From: Octopus vulgaris
Lineage: Eukaryota
Reading direction: 5' to 3'
Length of the DNA stretch: 64,000 nucleotides
Assembly: GCA_951406725.2 (NCBI GenBank)
Contig: OX597826.1
Coordinates: 40,548,001 to 40,612,000, forward strand
How positions within the stretch are numbered: the first letter of the stretch is position 1; each line of letters begins with the position of its first letter. Below the pieces are notes generated by a model. The model had not been told where the DNA came from, made no database searches, and saw only the letters and a list, made by a program, of their open reading frames with translations. A program made the position numbers and the translations under genes. Below, piece after piece: positions 1-13,934 of the stretch.

Positions 1-606
1 TTAAAATTTTAATGAGAGAAAAATGAAAAACTGTATACAGCAGGAAGATTTTACTATGATCCTCAACTGGGTGAAGGAAAAGATTGAATTGTTCAGGCGT
101 GCATATAGGGGAAGAATTCATGGGAGAAAGTAAGAAAAGACAGCCGGATGGTTATAAATAGCTTCATACCGCCTATTTCCGATCGGGAAGGGCATCTTGT
201 TTTCTCCTTCTGGTAACTATGACAAAAAAGGTTGTATACTAAACAAGATTAACTGGACTGGTGAGTGAAATTTTCTTCTTAGGCCAAGTTCTCTTTCTCT
301 TCTGCTGTTCCACTTGCGAGGCTGGCGAGACGGAGATATTGCAGTAAATTTTCTGAAATGTATGAGTGACGAATATGTTCTGATCGAAAGGCCCTACCCT
401 TAACGTGAGCCTGAGCAGCACAACTAGGACAGAGAGCATGTAGATAAGGGTAGATCTCAATTCTCTGATTCTTCCTAATATCTCTCTGCTGGAAGGTTTT
501 ATGTCATATGTTTGTATTTTTTTCAGGCTTGGTTAGCAAGCCCACTGTTTTAGTAATATGTTCTCTTACTGTTCAGTCATTCGTCGTCCCTCTGGCAAAT
601 AAAGAA

Positions 607-687
<81 letters not shown>

Positions 688-706
688 GTTATTATTATTA
701 TTATTG
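607..706. repeat. (ATT)n microsatellite
   Basis: Direct reading; source of the poly-I/poly-N ORFs. Confidence 0.97.
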
Positions 707-1177
707 AGTGAGAGAGCAGTGCATGCCAACAAAGTGATACTGGGATAAAATATACGAAGCCCAGTATACCCATCATGACTACCCGTCTGATAAGGGTACA
801 CCAGGCACATGCATCACAACCATATGTGCGCGACATGGTGATCTCATATCAAGATAAACAGCACATGACCTTGCAGGTGGGGCCCAGTTAGAATTTTCTT
901 CTGGTCGAGTAGCCCATCCCGCTCAAAAGGTCCCTGAATAAGGATTGTTTAAGGATGTTGAACGAACCACCCATATTTCCAAAGGGGAATTATCCAAACT
1001 TCCAAGAATTCCTTTCAACACACGGCTATGATGCTCCCCCACTACTTTTGCTCGTGATCAGAGATGCACATATCGTCAGCCACTAAGGGACATGGTCAAC
1101 TTGTTAAGGTCAAACAACTGACAAGCAAATCTGGGGGTATTGAGCAGAATATTTGCTATAGCCCATCTTTTATACCA
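707..1177 (-). mobile_element. Non-coding dispersed retroposon-like element, family A, embedded in (ATT)n
   Basis: Shares sequence (gatgctcccccactac...gaatatttgctatagcccatcttttatacca) with 10144-10369 and, inverted, with 62785-62950; (ATT)n on both sides; orientation inferred from the (AAT)n tail. Confidence 0.75.
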
Positions 1178-1178
1178 A

Positions 1179-1253
<75 letters not shown>

Positions 1254-1401
1254 TTTTCTTATTTAAGGTTTATTGTTACTGTTTTTGTAATTGTTTACAC
1301 ATTGTTTGGTGTAAAACGTCCACTATCTCCGTCTACTGTATTGTCTCCTGGTGGTCAATAAATGAAATTATTATTACTATTACTATTATTATTATTATTA
1401 T

Positions 1402-1456
<55 letters not shown>
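1178..1456. repeat. (ATT)n and (AGT)n microsatellites with short spacer
   Basis: Direct reading. Confidence 0.9.
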
Positions 1457-1457
<1 letters not shown>

Positions 1458-2241
1458 TCCAATTTTGTGTAGTTTACACCACACAAATTGTAACCTTTCT
1501 TTGAAATCCGCGCTTACCCTGACGTCCCTATAACAAATGAAAGAAATCCTTATAATTACTATTATTACAGTCATCATCACCATTATTACCACCATTGTCT
1601 AATTTGCTGTTATTTCTGTTGTTTCGCAAACTCAGTAATAATTATTTTCAATTTATGTCTGAATGTATTTCCAGCATACTTACTCATTAGATTTTCTTAT
1701 TCTTCACCACTACCACTTCTACCATCGCACTCATTCTACACAAATTAACACCCACTCTCATTAAACCTCTCCTACCCTACACCATACATGTTCTAAAACA
1801 ACTATTATCATTATGTATCTATATGTTTTCATTTCATCTAATTATTTTTTCAGCATATTAGACATTTGAAAGAGAAAAATTTATCTTGGATGAAACAAAA
1901 AAATTAAAAAAACAGTAAATTAATTTTCGAAAAAGTAAAAATCCTCAACTGAAATTTTAATTGTATCTGTATCCATTTTTTCAGGTACTTTTATTCTTCT
2001 GATGCATTTATTTAATAATGTATTGTATTTATTTAATTATTTTTTTTAAATTTCTTCGGCAATAAACTCTCCTTTCCGTTATTAATTACAAACCATTTAT
2101 TTAAATCTAATAGAGTAGTCCTTAGTGTTTTGGAAGGCGGCATCAATTGTTGAAGAGAAATTAAAACAGAAAAACAAAAAAAAATTGTTCTGATTTAAAT
2201 CATGCGCACATGCATGTATGTATATACATGTATACATACAT

Positions 2242-2274
<33 letters not shown>

Positions 2275-3104
2275 AACTTTTTCTTAAGTAACATATACGC
2301 ATATATATATGTATGTATATATATACCAAGATATATATATATATATATATATATATACCAAGATTTCCCCCAACAACGAAAGATAATAATTTCCAGTGAA
2401 ATTAATTTTTAATTTCGCCAACATTCGCTAGCAATTACCACTAATGGTTTCTTTCGCCAAAACAAACTTTGAATCTGTTCTAGGAATTTTCCTTCTACGA
2501 CATTAGAGCACCACCTACGTAACTTCTCTTGGTTCATGCCGAGTTACAACCTTTAGCTCCGTTCGACATAATTTTGAGGTTTTGTTTTGGATTTTGCTGA
2601 TTTCAACAATGTGATTTAATTATAAAATTGTTTGTTCTTCTTATTTGTTGCTGTTGTTGTTTTTGTTGTTGTTGTTGTTGTTTTTGTTGTTGTGCTGTTG
2701 ACATAACATTCTGATATTGTTACACTTGTTCAACCCTAGGAAAGAGTCTGATCGAGCCTACCTCTCCACCAAAAGCGTTTAATCTGTGAACAGCCTGTAA
2801 TATTGCATATCATGGGCCACATTGTACTATTTCTCCTTCCTTCTTCAAAACTTGAGGGAGATGCGGCTGCCATTTTGTGGAGTGGTGATAGAGGTAGAAA
2901 TCGGGGTGGTGGTGAGTAGATGGTCGGTAGTACTAGTGGTGATGTGATTGAGACTGTGGGACTGGCGGTGGTGGCAGTGATTGCAGTAGGGGTACTAGCA
3001 GTAGTAGTTGTTGCGCTGGATTTTAGTAGTAGTAAGAGTAGTGGGACTGATAGTGCCAGTGCTAGTGGTGGCGGCGACAGTAACAGCAGCGGCAGAAGCA
3101 GCAC

Positions 3105-3159
3105 CAGTAGTAGTAGAAGTAGTAGTAGTAGTAGTAGTAGTCGTAGTAGAAGAAGAAGA

Positions 3160-3234
<75 letters not shown>

Positions 3235-3342
3235 TGTAGTAGTAGTCTCATTTGTTGTTTTGACTTTTTGTCATCGCAACCGTCATTACAGCTGCTTCGA
3301 CTGTCGTTGTAGATATTGTTGTTGATGATGATGACGATCATA

Positions 3343-3373
<31 letters not shown>

Positions 3374-3385
3374 CGACGACGACAG
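3105..3385. repeat. (AGT)n and (GAT/GAC)n microsatellites
   Basis: Direct reading; source of the poly-S/L/V ORFs. Confidence 0.93.
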
Positions 3386-3589
3386 TAACGATGTATTTAT
3401 GGATAAAGAAATTAACTCTACAAAAATAGTCTAAGATTTTTTTTTAGAATTTCCTACTTTTATTTGAATTTTTGTTTGCTGTATTTTTTTTCTGTTTGTT
3501 TCAAGCAATTATTTTTCAATTTTCAGCATGTTATTTCAGGCTATTTTAGCAACTTTATCACAATATTTTCATCATTAAAAGGAAATGAT

Positions 3590-3980
3590 TGCCGTTATTT
3601 GCGCCAGACAAAATGCGTTCATTTTTCCCCTCCTTTGTTCTAAGTTCGAATTCCGACGAAGTCAGCTATTTTAATCCGTCCGAGGCTCGATAGAACAAAC
3701 TACTAGTGAAGTATTGGAATCAATCTAATCGGTTCATCCCGCCCTTTGTATTGCTGGTTTAGCGTCCAAATAAAAATAATGACACGCCAGGCAAAATGCT
3801 TGGCGGCATTTCGTCCGTCTTTAAGTTCTGAGCTCAAATCCTGTCCGTCCTTACGTTCTGAGTTCAAATTCTGCCGAGGTCGACTTTACTTTTCATTCTT
3901 TCGGGGTCTATAAAATAAGTATTAGTTGAGTACAGGGATCAATGCGATCGACTTACCGCCTCACCTGAAACTGCTGACTT
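3590..3980 (+). mobile_element. Two tandem degenerate tRNA-derived SINEs, family M (Meta-domain-like)
   Basis: B-box-like gttctgagttcaaattctgccgaggtcgac followed by tttcattctttcggggtc; homologous to 11485-11774 and 45714-45968. Confidence 0.75.
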
Positions 3981-4225
3981 TGACAGTGTCGTTGGAGCGT
4001 TAAGCAATCTATCCTGCATCAAGCAATCTATCCTGCGATAAACAATCTATCCAGCAACTATGCTTCGTATATGAGAGAAATATTTCAGCTTCCTTAAATG
4101 ACTAAAATCAAAAAGAAACATTACTCATCCTTTTTTCGTTTCTTGCAGTTTTTTAAATCCTGTTTGGCGATGACCTCAGACTTAATCCTTCCTCATAGGG
4201 AGTTTGCTGGTGCACGTCTAATTAT

Positions 4226-4257
4226 TTGCTGCTGCTGTTGTTGTTGTTGTTTTTGTT

Positions 4258-4308
<51 letters not shown>

Positions 4309-4337
4309 GCTGTTGTTGTTGTTGTTGTTGTTGTTGT
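4226..4337. repeat. (TTG)n microsatellite
   Basis: Direct reading. Confidence 0.95.
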
Positions 4338-6768
4338 CATTTTACGAGCATGAGTTTCGACTGTGGTATGTGATTCTTCTTCATGGTTGATGAATGAAAA
4401 TTTTTTCTTCGTTTATTTTGTAAATAAAGGACTTAGCTGGCATGATAACATCTCCCTTATTCATCAAGGCATGCATATAAGCTCTGCTTTTTAGACATTT
4501 CTTAATTTCTGTAAATATGATATCTCTTACTACAACAAAGGAGAAAAACAAAACAAAGAGGAAGGGAAACTTGTTTGGAACCAAAGGAAGATATTTTTTT
4601 CCACAACAAAAGATACATGAAAATACCGACATAATGAAACCAGACAACCAAAGCAAAGTGATTTTATTATCATTAACAACAGCAAACACACAAACACAGA
4701 ACTTAACGAGTGGAGATGTTGTTATTTTGAATTGTGTAAAAAAAAATATATCAACAGCATTTCAGTGAAGAGCAATAACATTATAAAACAACACGTTTGA
4801 CAACAATAAAAACAACCACGATGGCGCCGGCGAGAACAAAAGCAACAATATTCGTAGATACATACGCATATTGTCAAACAAAAGTATTTTGAGTAGAGGA
4901 GACGTTTCAGCTTTCGCGAACGTCCTCTTCGCATAATAGTCATATGCAACATTTAAGTAAACGAACAACTTCATGGCAAGTTTATAACATACTAACAGAT
5001 GCTTCTTTACTCTAAACAATTAACTAGACATGAAGAAGAAGAAAGTATCTTGTCTAAGCCAAAATGGTCTTCTATATGCCCTCAAAAGATCAACTTAAGG
5101 CTACACTCACCGCCGCGGGGAACTAACAGTTCTACATAGGTAGAAGGAAGACATGTTGTACAATATGTATTGTTTTTTAGAACTGGGGGTAGAGTGAGAG
5201 CAGAAACTGAGTACATGACACACCTGCCCATAAGCTGGTCCTACGGTATTTGGGACAGATTAAAACGAGGCTAAGCCCAAAGAGTATTGGTAACAATGTC
5301 TACCCCTGAATCATCATCATTTTACTTGCACACAACGGACAAGTGGTGAACGCTGATTTGACTTTTGTGATATGAGGTCGAGTAAAGTTACGAGGGACAT
5401 ATAAGCCCTCGTAACACTGCAACACCACGAAATGATCTCAGAGTTGTTCCCAGTAGTGGTACCAGAAGAAATACTTTTAAGAATGATTATTCAAAGCAGA
5501 AGAAACTCAACTAAAGATATGGCACAAAAAGTCGTTTAAGACATTTCTGTCAAGATATGCCGAAAAGAAGAAAGCAACAACAGCATCAGCAGACCATGGG
5601 GTTGCTGCTTAAAAAACAACATTAATTACTAATCTGGAGACATTGGAAAAAATCGTCCTCACTTTTAGAGGCTCAGAGGTCTGTTCCTCTTTAACCCCAA
5701 TTCTCTACCACAGTAGAAGGCGAGCAGTGACGTGGTGTATTCTAATCAACGGAATTGCTATTGTCTCACTTCTAAGCGGGTGACTTACCTTAAGTGCAAA
5801 CAAATATGCATACCTACATAATAATTAGCTTGAAGAATGGAGCAATTCGTCTTACTACAATTGTTTCGTCGACAGTTTAGCAGAAGATTATTGCTGCAAT
5901 ATTATTATAAAATATACAAAATAATATATCAAATAAGTATTATTTTATCAATACCGGAAAATATCGACTCATCAGGTTTACATATAAAATTGATTTGCTG
6001 AATGAGATCGTACTTCACACAATATATACCCCTCGTTGAAGATGTCCTTATCATTTTATTAACATGTGAAAGCTAAACCAGGAAAAAAACATAATAAACT
6101 ACAAATGCAAATTAACCAGCCTAGAAATAGGATAAATCAAAGAGAAGAAAAGAATAAATGGAAAATAAATAAATAAAATAAAATAAATGCGTACATTAAT
6201 TATATACGGTAATAGATGTTGGTGTCTGAAGAATCATATGTCTATCAATAGCTTGTATATTCTTTAAAGTCATTAAGGTGGCTGACACCAGAATTCATTA
6301 TCTACTTCGTAATTTGATACTGCGCTTTGTTACCTAGAGTTAATTGTCAAAAGTTTCTCACCACCGATTGATTTACTAGCAAACTGCTAGAAAAAATATT
6401 TATCATGTTCTCCCATTCTCACGAACACACAGACTGGTATTTTTCTAGGCAGATAAAAAGTAAGTTATTGCTATGATGTGTTTATTCTGAATAAATAGAT
6501 AAATCAAGCGAATAATTAAAATTATGTAGAATGTTCAAGGAAAGAGAAACCAATTCTCAAATTATTATATCTACATGTATAATGTTAAAAATAAAAAAAA
6601 ATTCATAGCAACTATATCAAAATTATCAGAAACTAAAACAAAAATAGTGTAGTATTTATAGTCATTCACGTATATACCCACACACTCACATATTTACACC
6701 GTTACAGAAATACCAAGGTAAAGACAGACACACTTGTACACTCATAAACATATTCTTTTACACATACA

Positions 6769-7074
<306 letters not shown>

Positions 7075-7212
7075 TTTCTACGCCAACACATAAGTTTGTA
7101 TAGAAGCGTTCGTATCTATTAAATATACCAAGGATAAAATTTCATATATATTGAAATCTGTTTTTCCACAATATAATTTCGAAGAGATATTCACATCAGC
7201 AGAGCAGCTGCT

Positions 7213-7340
7213 GTATGTATGTATGTATGTATGTATGTATGTATGTATGTATGTATGTATGTATGCATGCATGCATGCATGTATGTATGTATGTATGTAT
7301 GTATGTATGTATGTATGTATGTATGTATGTATGTATGTAT
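7213..7340. repeat. (TATG)n microsatellite
   Basis: Direct reading. Confidence 0.97.
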
Positions 7341-7724
7341 TCTTTCTTCTCTTTTTAATTTAGGATAAATTTTAATTGATCACCTGTAAAGTGTGTGAAG
7401 AAGAGCATTTTGTTTTGTTCAACATCTTTTTAATCTGAAGGTTTTGCAGATTTAATAATAACCAGATATCGTGATAATTTGCAGCGTATAAATGAAGGAT
7501 TTGCTTTCTCACCCCAAGTTCATCCATACTTTGCTGCAAACGGGTTTGGTACGTATCTAGTTGCTTCAATAATAATGGGTATCTTGGCAACTGGATTTGC
7601 AAACACCTTATCAATGCTCCATTTCTTGCATTTTCATAACCACATTGGTATCCAGAGGGCAGTTGATAATCACAATAGAACATATTTTTTCTTAATGCAT
7701 GTTGACTAGCACACACACACGTAT

Positions 7725-9070
7725 ACATAATCTAAGATTTGCTTTAAATGCTCGACATGCAACCAGTGGTATTAATACTCTATATCAGTATCGCGTTAAA
7801 TTCCTATTCTCCAATATTGTACACTTAACCGAGATAGCCTACTATCAGGTCTCTCCTGGGTGATTTTCCATTCGGCAGTTTCATAATAATCGTCAAGAAT
7901 GTTGCAGCGTTGATCTGATGTTTTGGGAGAGGCATTTGTACAATACTCACTTCACAATTCATTTAAGTATGCTTCACCGCGATTGTATTCTTTATTTACA
8001 TTCCAGGTTCCTCGCCAGAATAACTCTTGGTCTTCCGGAAGGAAAGCATTTACTAACTTACTCTCTCTTTTACTCTCTTTTACTTGTTTCAGTCATTTGA
8101 CTGCGACCATGCTGGAGCACCGCCTTTAGTCGAGCAAATCGACCCCAGGACTTATTCTTTGTAAGCCCAGTACTTATTCTATCGGTCTATTTTGCCGAAC
8201 CGTTAAAGTTACGGGGACGTAAACACACCAGCATCGGTTGTCAAGTGATGTTGGGGGGACAAACACAGACACACAAACACACACACACATATATATATAC
8301 GACAGACTTCTTTCAGTTTCCGTCTACCAAATCCACTCACAAGGCTTTGGTCGGCCCGAGGCTATAGTAGAAGACACTTGCCCAGGAGGCCACGCAGTGG
8401 GGCTGAACCCGGAACCATGTGGTTGGTAAGCAAGCTACTTACCACACAGCCACTAACTTGATGAAACCGCCTTTCATAATGCGATGTATAGCTTATGTTC
8501 CGGGAAAACAAGGACTTTTCTAGCAATGGCTTTACTCGTATACGAGAGAGCAGCCACTATACTATACGTGTATGTATAAGTAATCATAACATTTTGAATC
8601 TCCCTACTATTATCATTTTTTTTGCCATGCTTAAATAAGTTTATGAGAAGAACTTAGAACAACAACCAACGTATTAAGAACTCAAGGAAGAGGGCAAATG
8701 AAAAAAAAGGTCATGTTTCTGTACGAAAATTAATATAAAATTATGTATGGCCACTTTACTCTAAAAGATAACACTACAATAGACTACTGACACAAGATAC
8801 CATTTGTTGTTTTACGAAACAAATATAGACAGTTCTTACCGCTTATTCATGTAGCCTTTAGTAATGTCGGAAAAAAAATGTCCTTCTGGGACTGTCTTGT
8901 TTATCGAAGGTAATGACATATAAATATTGACTAGACTGTAAAATCATGCCCGGAGATAGAGCCAACCTAAAAGTGAAATTCAAAAAATATGTTAAAAAGA
9001 AGTTTAAAAGATAATGACGAAGATAATTAATATATAATTAATATGATTGAATTGTGGAAGTTGTTCATAT
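7725..9070 (-). mobile_element. Heavily degraded Penelope-like relic interrupted by a SINE
   Basis: About 8580-9070 is an inverted homolog of about 17800-18275, which lies upstream of a PLE RT; 7728-7834 is an inverted homolog of 10794-10900 and translates PLVACRAFKANLR, a PLE-like linker; weak protein signal. Confidence 0.45.
8060..8454 (-). mobile_element. tRNA-derived CORE-like SINE, family C
   Basis: Minus strand reads gtggctgtgtggtaag (A box) ... gggttcag (B box) ... gggcaagtgtcttctac (CORE-like); internal (CA)/(TA) tract; gagtaaaa tail; many copies in window. Confidence 0.9.
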
Positions 9071-9248
9071 TCATAGTAGAATAACAGCAGTCACTTTTGC
9101 AGAAATTATATCCACATTATATATATTGCAATAAAAGCTATTTTTGTCACACACATATGAGTGGTCATATATATATGTGTGTGTGTGTGTGTATAGATGT
9201 ATGTATATATGTATATATGTATGTATATATATATATATATGTGTATAT

Positions 9249-9306
<58 letters not shown>

Positions 9307-9329
9307 GTATATACATATACATATATACA

Positions 9330-10063
9330 GGAGAGTATTATAGTTCACTTGAAGCATTGTGTATTGAAGTAACGAACAAGGGACAACAATCAATGCACAC
9401 TAACAAACTGTCCCATCCATGACACATATTTATGCCAACGGGTAAAGGCTGTGTATAAAATACTATGTAACAAATGCAACAAGTTCTATGTGGGTAGCAC
9501 AAGACCGTTACACGTCCGCATCAAAGAACATCTGAACAGGAGAGCCTCCTCCTTCGGAAAACATCTAGACAGATGCTGGAACACTAGCAAAAGCATAACA
9601 GTAACAATTGAGGCCAATGAAAGAAATTTGGGTAATTTAAGAATTAAGGAAGCTATACTCATACACAGACTAGGGCCCCAAATTAACAACAGGCTGGAGG
9701 TTGGTAATCAATATATTATTTACCTACATCTGAATGCGTGTAGGTTCATTTATGATATGCTCCTCTGTAGTCTATTACAAAAAAGAAAGAGAAGAGAAAA
9801 AATAAGGAAAAAAGGAAGTTCCACCTTTAATACATAACTTAGAAGCAGCACTAAGATGTACCAGCACACACGAGATTGAGACATGGCCATTCTCACGCAC
9901 TTCTCATGAGGAATTCCAGAAGGAGCTTCGTGAGACCACTGTTGGGACGCTTCCAAACAAAAATAAGAGAAAAGAAAAGCCGTTGGAAAACCGATTATTG
10001 CAGAGACTCCATCTAATAATATCTGAAGAAGGAATTTTATTCCGAAATATCATCAGACTCATT
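9330..10063 (+). mobile_element. Penelope-like element 3' fragment (GIY-YIG endonuclease + pLTR)
   Basis: ORF 9451: VYKILCNKCNKFYVGSTRPLHVRIKEH...LRIKEAILIHRLGPQIN, i.e. GIY-YIG motifs; hammerhead core downstream; flanked by (TA)n on both sides. Confidence 0.85.
10021..10053 (+). ncRNA. Minimal hammerhead ribozyme core (degenerate stem I)
   Basis: CTGAAGA-a-GGAAT/ATTCC stem II-GAAA-TA-TC; only about 2 bp of stem I evident. Confidence 0.55.
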
Positions 10064-10064
10064 G

Positions 10065-10138
<74 letters not shown>

Positions 10139-10143
10139 TGAAT

Positions 10144-10368
10144 ATGCTCCCCCACTGCTGCTTGTGTCAGAGATACACATATTGTGGGCCACTAAGGAAC
10201 ATGCTTAACTGGTTAAGGTGAAGCAACTGACTAGAAAATCTATGGATCTGAACAGAATATTTGCTGTAGCCCATCTTTTATACCAAGACGAAACAATGTA
10301 CATGATAACACTTCCAATCAGTTTAAGATCTAAAGCCATGAGACCCAATGCCTAGGACTGCATCAGGG

Positions 10369-10369
<1 letters not shown>
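10144..10369 (-). mobile_element. Family A element, partial copy (other terminus) abutting (ATT)n
   Basis: Homologous to about 1030-1177 and extends further to gcatcagggca, directly followed by (ATT)n at 10370-10447. Confidence 0.7.
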
Positions 10370-10422
<53 letters not shown>

Positions 10423-10928
10423 CATCATCATCATCATTATTATCATTAGTATTATTCTTATTTTCTATTTTTATGTTTTTATTTATCTTATGTTTATATT
10501 TTGTACTAGCTGTTTGATTCTGAGTGTTTATTCCGAATGTTTTCTTATATTTTCATTTCCAGTATTATTGTTGTTCCTGATTCCTGGATATATCAGGCTA
10601 TAAGGGTAATATTTAAGGGCCCTTATTATAATTCGAACATAATTGATTATATGTTTTAAGGAATATTAAACTGTTGAAACGAGCGTAGAAACAAAGGATG
10701 CGAAATATGGATAGGTTGTTTTCTGTCATTATTTCCATTTCACTTGGCTCTGTTCCTTCGTTGTAATCTAAATTCAAATATAAGTAACATTATTCTCGGT
10801 TAGGTGCACAATATTGGAGAATAGGAATTTAACGCGATACGGATATAGAGTATTAATACCATTAGCAGCGTATCGAGCATTTAAAGCGCATCTTAGATTA
10901 TTTATGTGTACGTGTGTGTGCGTGTGTT

Positions 10929-10988
<60 letters not shown>

Positions 10989-11484
10989 TGTGTCTACATA
11001 TGTATGTGTGTTAGTTAACATGCATTAACAGACCGCCTCGATGTTGAAGTTGAATGAGCAGCAAAAGTAGTTGATTTTTTTTGTTGTTGTTCTATGAGAC
11101 GAAGCGAATAATTTAGCGGCGCCAATTAGTCTGCCACTTACAGAAGCTGACATGTCAGTTACAGCAGATGGAAACAAATGGGCGATGCCGCTGTTGAGTA
11201 TGGAGAGGTTGACCGTCTAGCAGTGTTAGGTTACATGTGGTGTTGCTGTGGCTGTGTTTGTTGTTGGTGTTAGCAATGGTGGGTAATCGGAAGTTGCACT
11301 ACTTAAGAGATGACAAGATATAATCTCAGTATGATTAAACTGGAGCTATCTGCTCCACCTCTACATATGATTCAAATAAAGTTAATGTGGTATTTTCCAA
11401 TGAGCAATGGTTTGAAGATACTTAATTGGGCGCGATCTATCGTTAAAAAAAAATGATTGATACAACAATTTGTTTCAAGATACC

Positions 11485-11774
11485 TATTTCTTTATTACCC
11501 ACAAGGGGCTAAACATACAGGGGACAAACAAGGACATACATAGGTATTAAGTCGATTACATCGACCCCAGTGCGTAACTGGTACTTATTTAATCGACCCC
11601 GAAAGGATGAAAAGTAAAGTTGTCCTCGGCGGAATTTGAACTCACAACGTAACGGCAGACTAAATACCGCTAAGCATTTCGCCCGGCGCGCTAACGTTTC
11701 TGCCAGCTCGCCGTCTGATGAAATACCGCTAAGCATTTCGCCCGGCGCGCTAACGTTTCTGCCAGCTCGCCGCC
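11485..11774 (-). mobile_element. Full tRNA-derived SINE, family M, with duplicated head and 16-bp TSD
   Basis: TSD tttgtttcaag(a/t)tacc at 11469-11484 and 11775-11790; 52-bp exact duplication at 11662-11713 and 11721-11772; A/B-box-like motifs. Confidence 0.9.
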
Positions 11775-12217
11775 TTTGTTTCAAGTTACCAGTTTCTCAC
11801 TGAGGCGGAGTGAGTCAATTGCTATATCCTACCATTTAGCCTACCAATTTCTACGTTTCAACTGAAACAAGCAATGCAGAACAAAACCAAATTTATTCCA
11901 CTTCAATGATTTGATCCTAAGATAAGAGTTAGATGTACAGATTTATATATCTTAGGATCAATGCTGGACTGAAACAAAAGGTTAAACAGTACATATAATT
12001 TCTGAAATACGTCTTCATTTTTCTTTTCATATTACAACGAACTATATGTGTTTGTGTTTTTGTGGGGGGGGGGCTGTTTGAATTTTGGATAATTCTTTAT
12101 TAACGCTTTCTTTCGTTTAACCGAACCCTTTAATTTCACTTGAAAAGTTCGATTAAACAAACGAAAGCGCTAATAAAGAATCACCCAAAATTCTGACAGC
12201 CTCCTTTTTCTTAATAC

Positions 12218-12296
12218 ATGTATGTATGTATGTATGTATGTATGTATGTATGTATGTATGTATGTATGTATGTATGTATGTATGTATGTATGTATG
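12218..12296. repeat. (ATGT)n microsatellite
   Basis: Direct reading. Confidence 0.97.
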
Positions 12297-12517
12297 CAAA
12301 AAAATGGGTAGAAAGGGAGTGCGCTACCATATATATTATCTATAGATACGGATATGGGAGTATAAACATATATTCATACATACATTTACAATTACATACA
12401 CTCATTCAAAAAACATGCTATGATATATACGCATAAAAATGTGTATGTGTGCGTGTGTGTATGTTGTGTGTGTATCTGTATTTATAGTTAGATAAACATA
12501 ACTATGTATGTATGTAA

Positions 12518-12562
<45 letters not shown>

Positions 12563-13474
12563 TGCACACACACATAAATATATATATATATATATCTTAG
12601 AAGGTTTGGAGATGATGTACAGGTATTTTATATTAGAAGAAATTCGGTACTCAGAAATTCGGATGGTTTTATATTTACAGATATTTATTTGTATATTACA
12701 TGTTTTTATACATCATATAACTTATATCATATATCATATATTAGCGCTTTCGTCCATTCTGGAGGAGTTTTCAAATTGAACTAAGTTCTTGTGTAAACAT
12801 TTTGACAATTTTATAGTGTTATTGAGCGTGTAGTGGTGGGGAGGGATATAAGATAGTACAAGAGGGTGATGAATGGGGTTGAATATATTCTTGTCCGCCA
12901 TTTCGTCAATCGCAACAGCTTCCAAGCTTCACCACTAATTCAGTTTTCAACTAACTTCCAAACTTGTTAAAACTTGTTAAAAGCTTTAAAGAGAACACCT
13001 CCTCAGCTACACTTTGGCATAAATAGTTTGAGGTTTGGTTCAGTAGAAAAAAGTTACATCAAAATATGTCAGACCTCAAGTGGGCAGTAAAGCAGATATT
13101 CATCTTCAATTAACATAATTATTTTAATTTTAAACTAAAATTATACTTTTCTTAGGTTTAAATGATAGAAAAATGCATGAGGAATTCAGAATCATTAGTC
13201 GCATTGAACAAAACTTAATAGAAAAACAGTTATGAGGTAAAATGTTACGAAATTTAATGTCAGTTAGTGAGGAAGAAAGAAGTACTGCCTAAGCAATAAG
13301 AATAAAGAACATATTTCTAAAATGAATGTTTACATTCTAAGTCGGCGATCTGGCAAAAGCGTTAGTTCGCAAGGTGAATTTCTTAGCGATATTTCGTGTC
13401 ATAACGTATCGAGTTAAAATTTCGCGGAGGTCGACATTGACGTACGGGTTATTTAATTATATTTTTGTAACTAC

Positions 13475-13780
13475 ACACTTTCAAACTTCCTATACAGGTA
13501 GAATGTGTCACAGAGAACAGGGTTTATTCTCAACGACTTTGACAAAATTTTGTATTTTAGAAGCTGTATTTCGTCTGTCTTTACGATCTGAGTTCAAATT
13601 CCGCCGAAGTCGACTTTGCCTTTCATCCATTTCGGATCTATTCAATTAGACATACAGATTATTATTTTTTTTTTTAAATAAACAATTTCAAACTTCCGAT
13701 GCTGGTAGAATTTGTCACATAGAACAGGGTTTACTCTGAACGTTTTCTACAAAATTTTGTATTTTAGAAGTTATTTCGTC
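13475..13780. repeat. Diverged ~100-bp direct repeat pair interleaved with family M SINE fragments
   Basis: tttcaaacttcc...ggtagaat..gtcaca.agaacagggttta...caaaattttgtattttagaag occurs at about 13478-13563 and about 13686-13770. Confidence 0.75.
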
Positions 13781-13934
13781 AGAAGTTACAGAGTGACAGT
13801 GGACAAATTCGTGTTTGATAAATGCCAATACACGAAACTCTCAGCTTTTGACTTAGTCTCTAACTCCTGCCGATGATATATATACATATTACATATATGT
13901 ATAAAAAGAACTCTCATCACGCAATTGAACTAAT

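Noticed and set aside
1-600. Possible retroelement remnant at window start
   Set aside because: No motif could be assigned with confidence
4500-5800. Possible degraded L1/Tx1 ORF1-like region
   Set aside because: Only faint resemblance to 54300-54750; too decayed to call by eye
7372-7728. 118-aa non-repetitive ORF
   Set aside because: No recognisable domain; starts in a (TG) tract; weak splice signals
12737-12778. Minus-strand hammerhead-like motif (ttgaaaa...ggac-gaaa-gcgc-ta)
   Set aside because: Two core mismatches and poor stem I; probably a decayed pLTR, but not supportable as a feature
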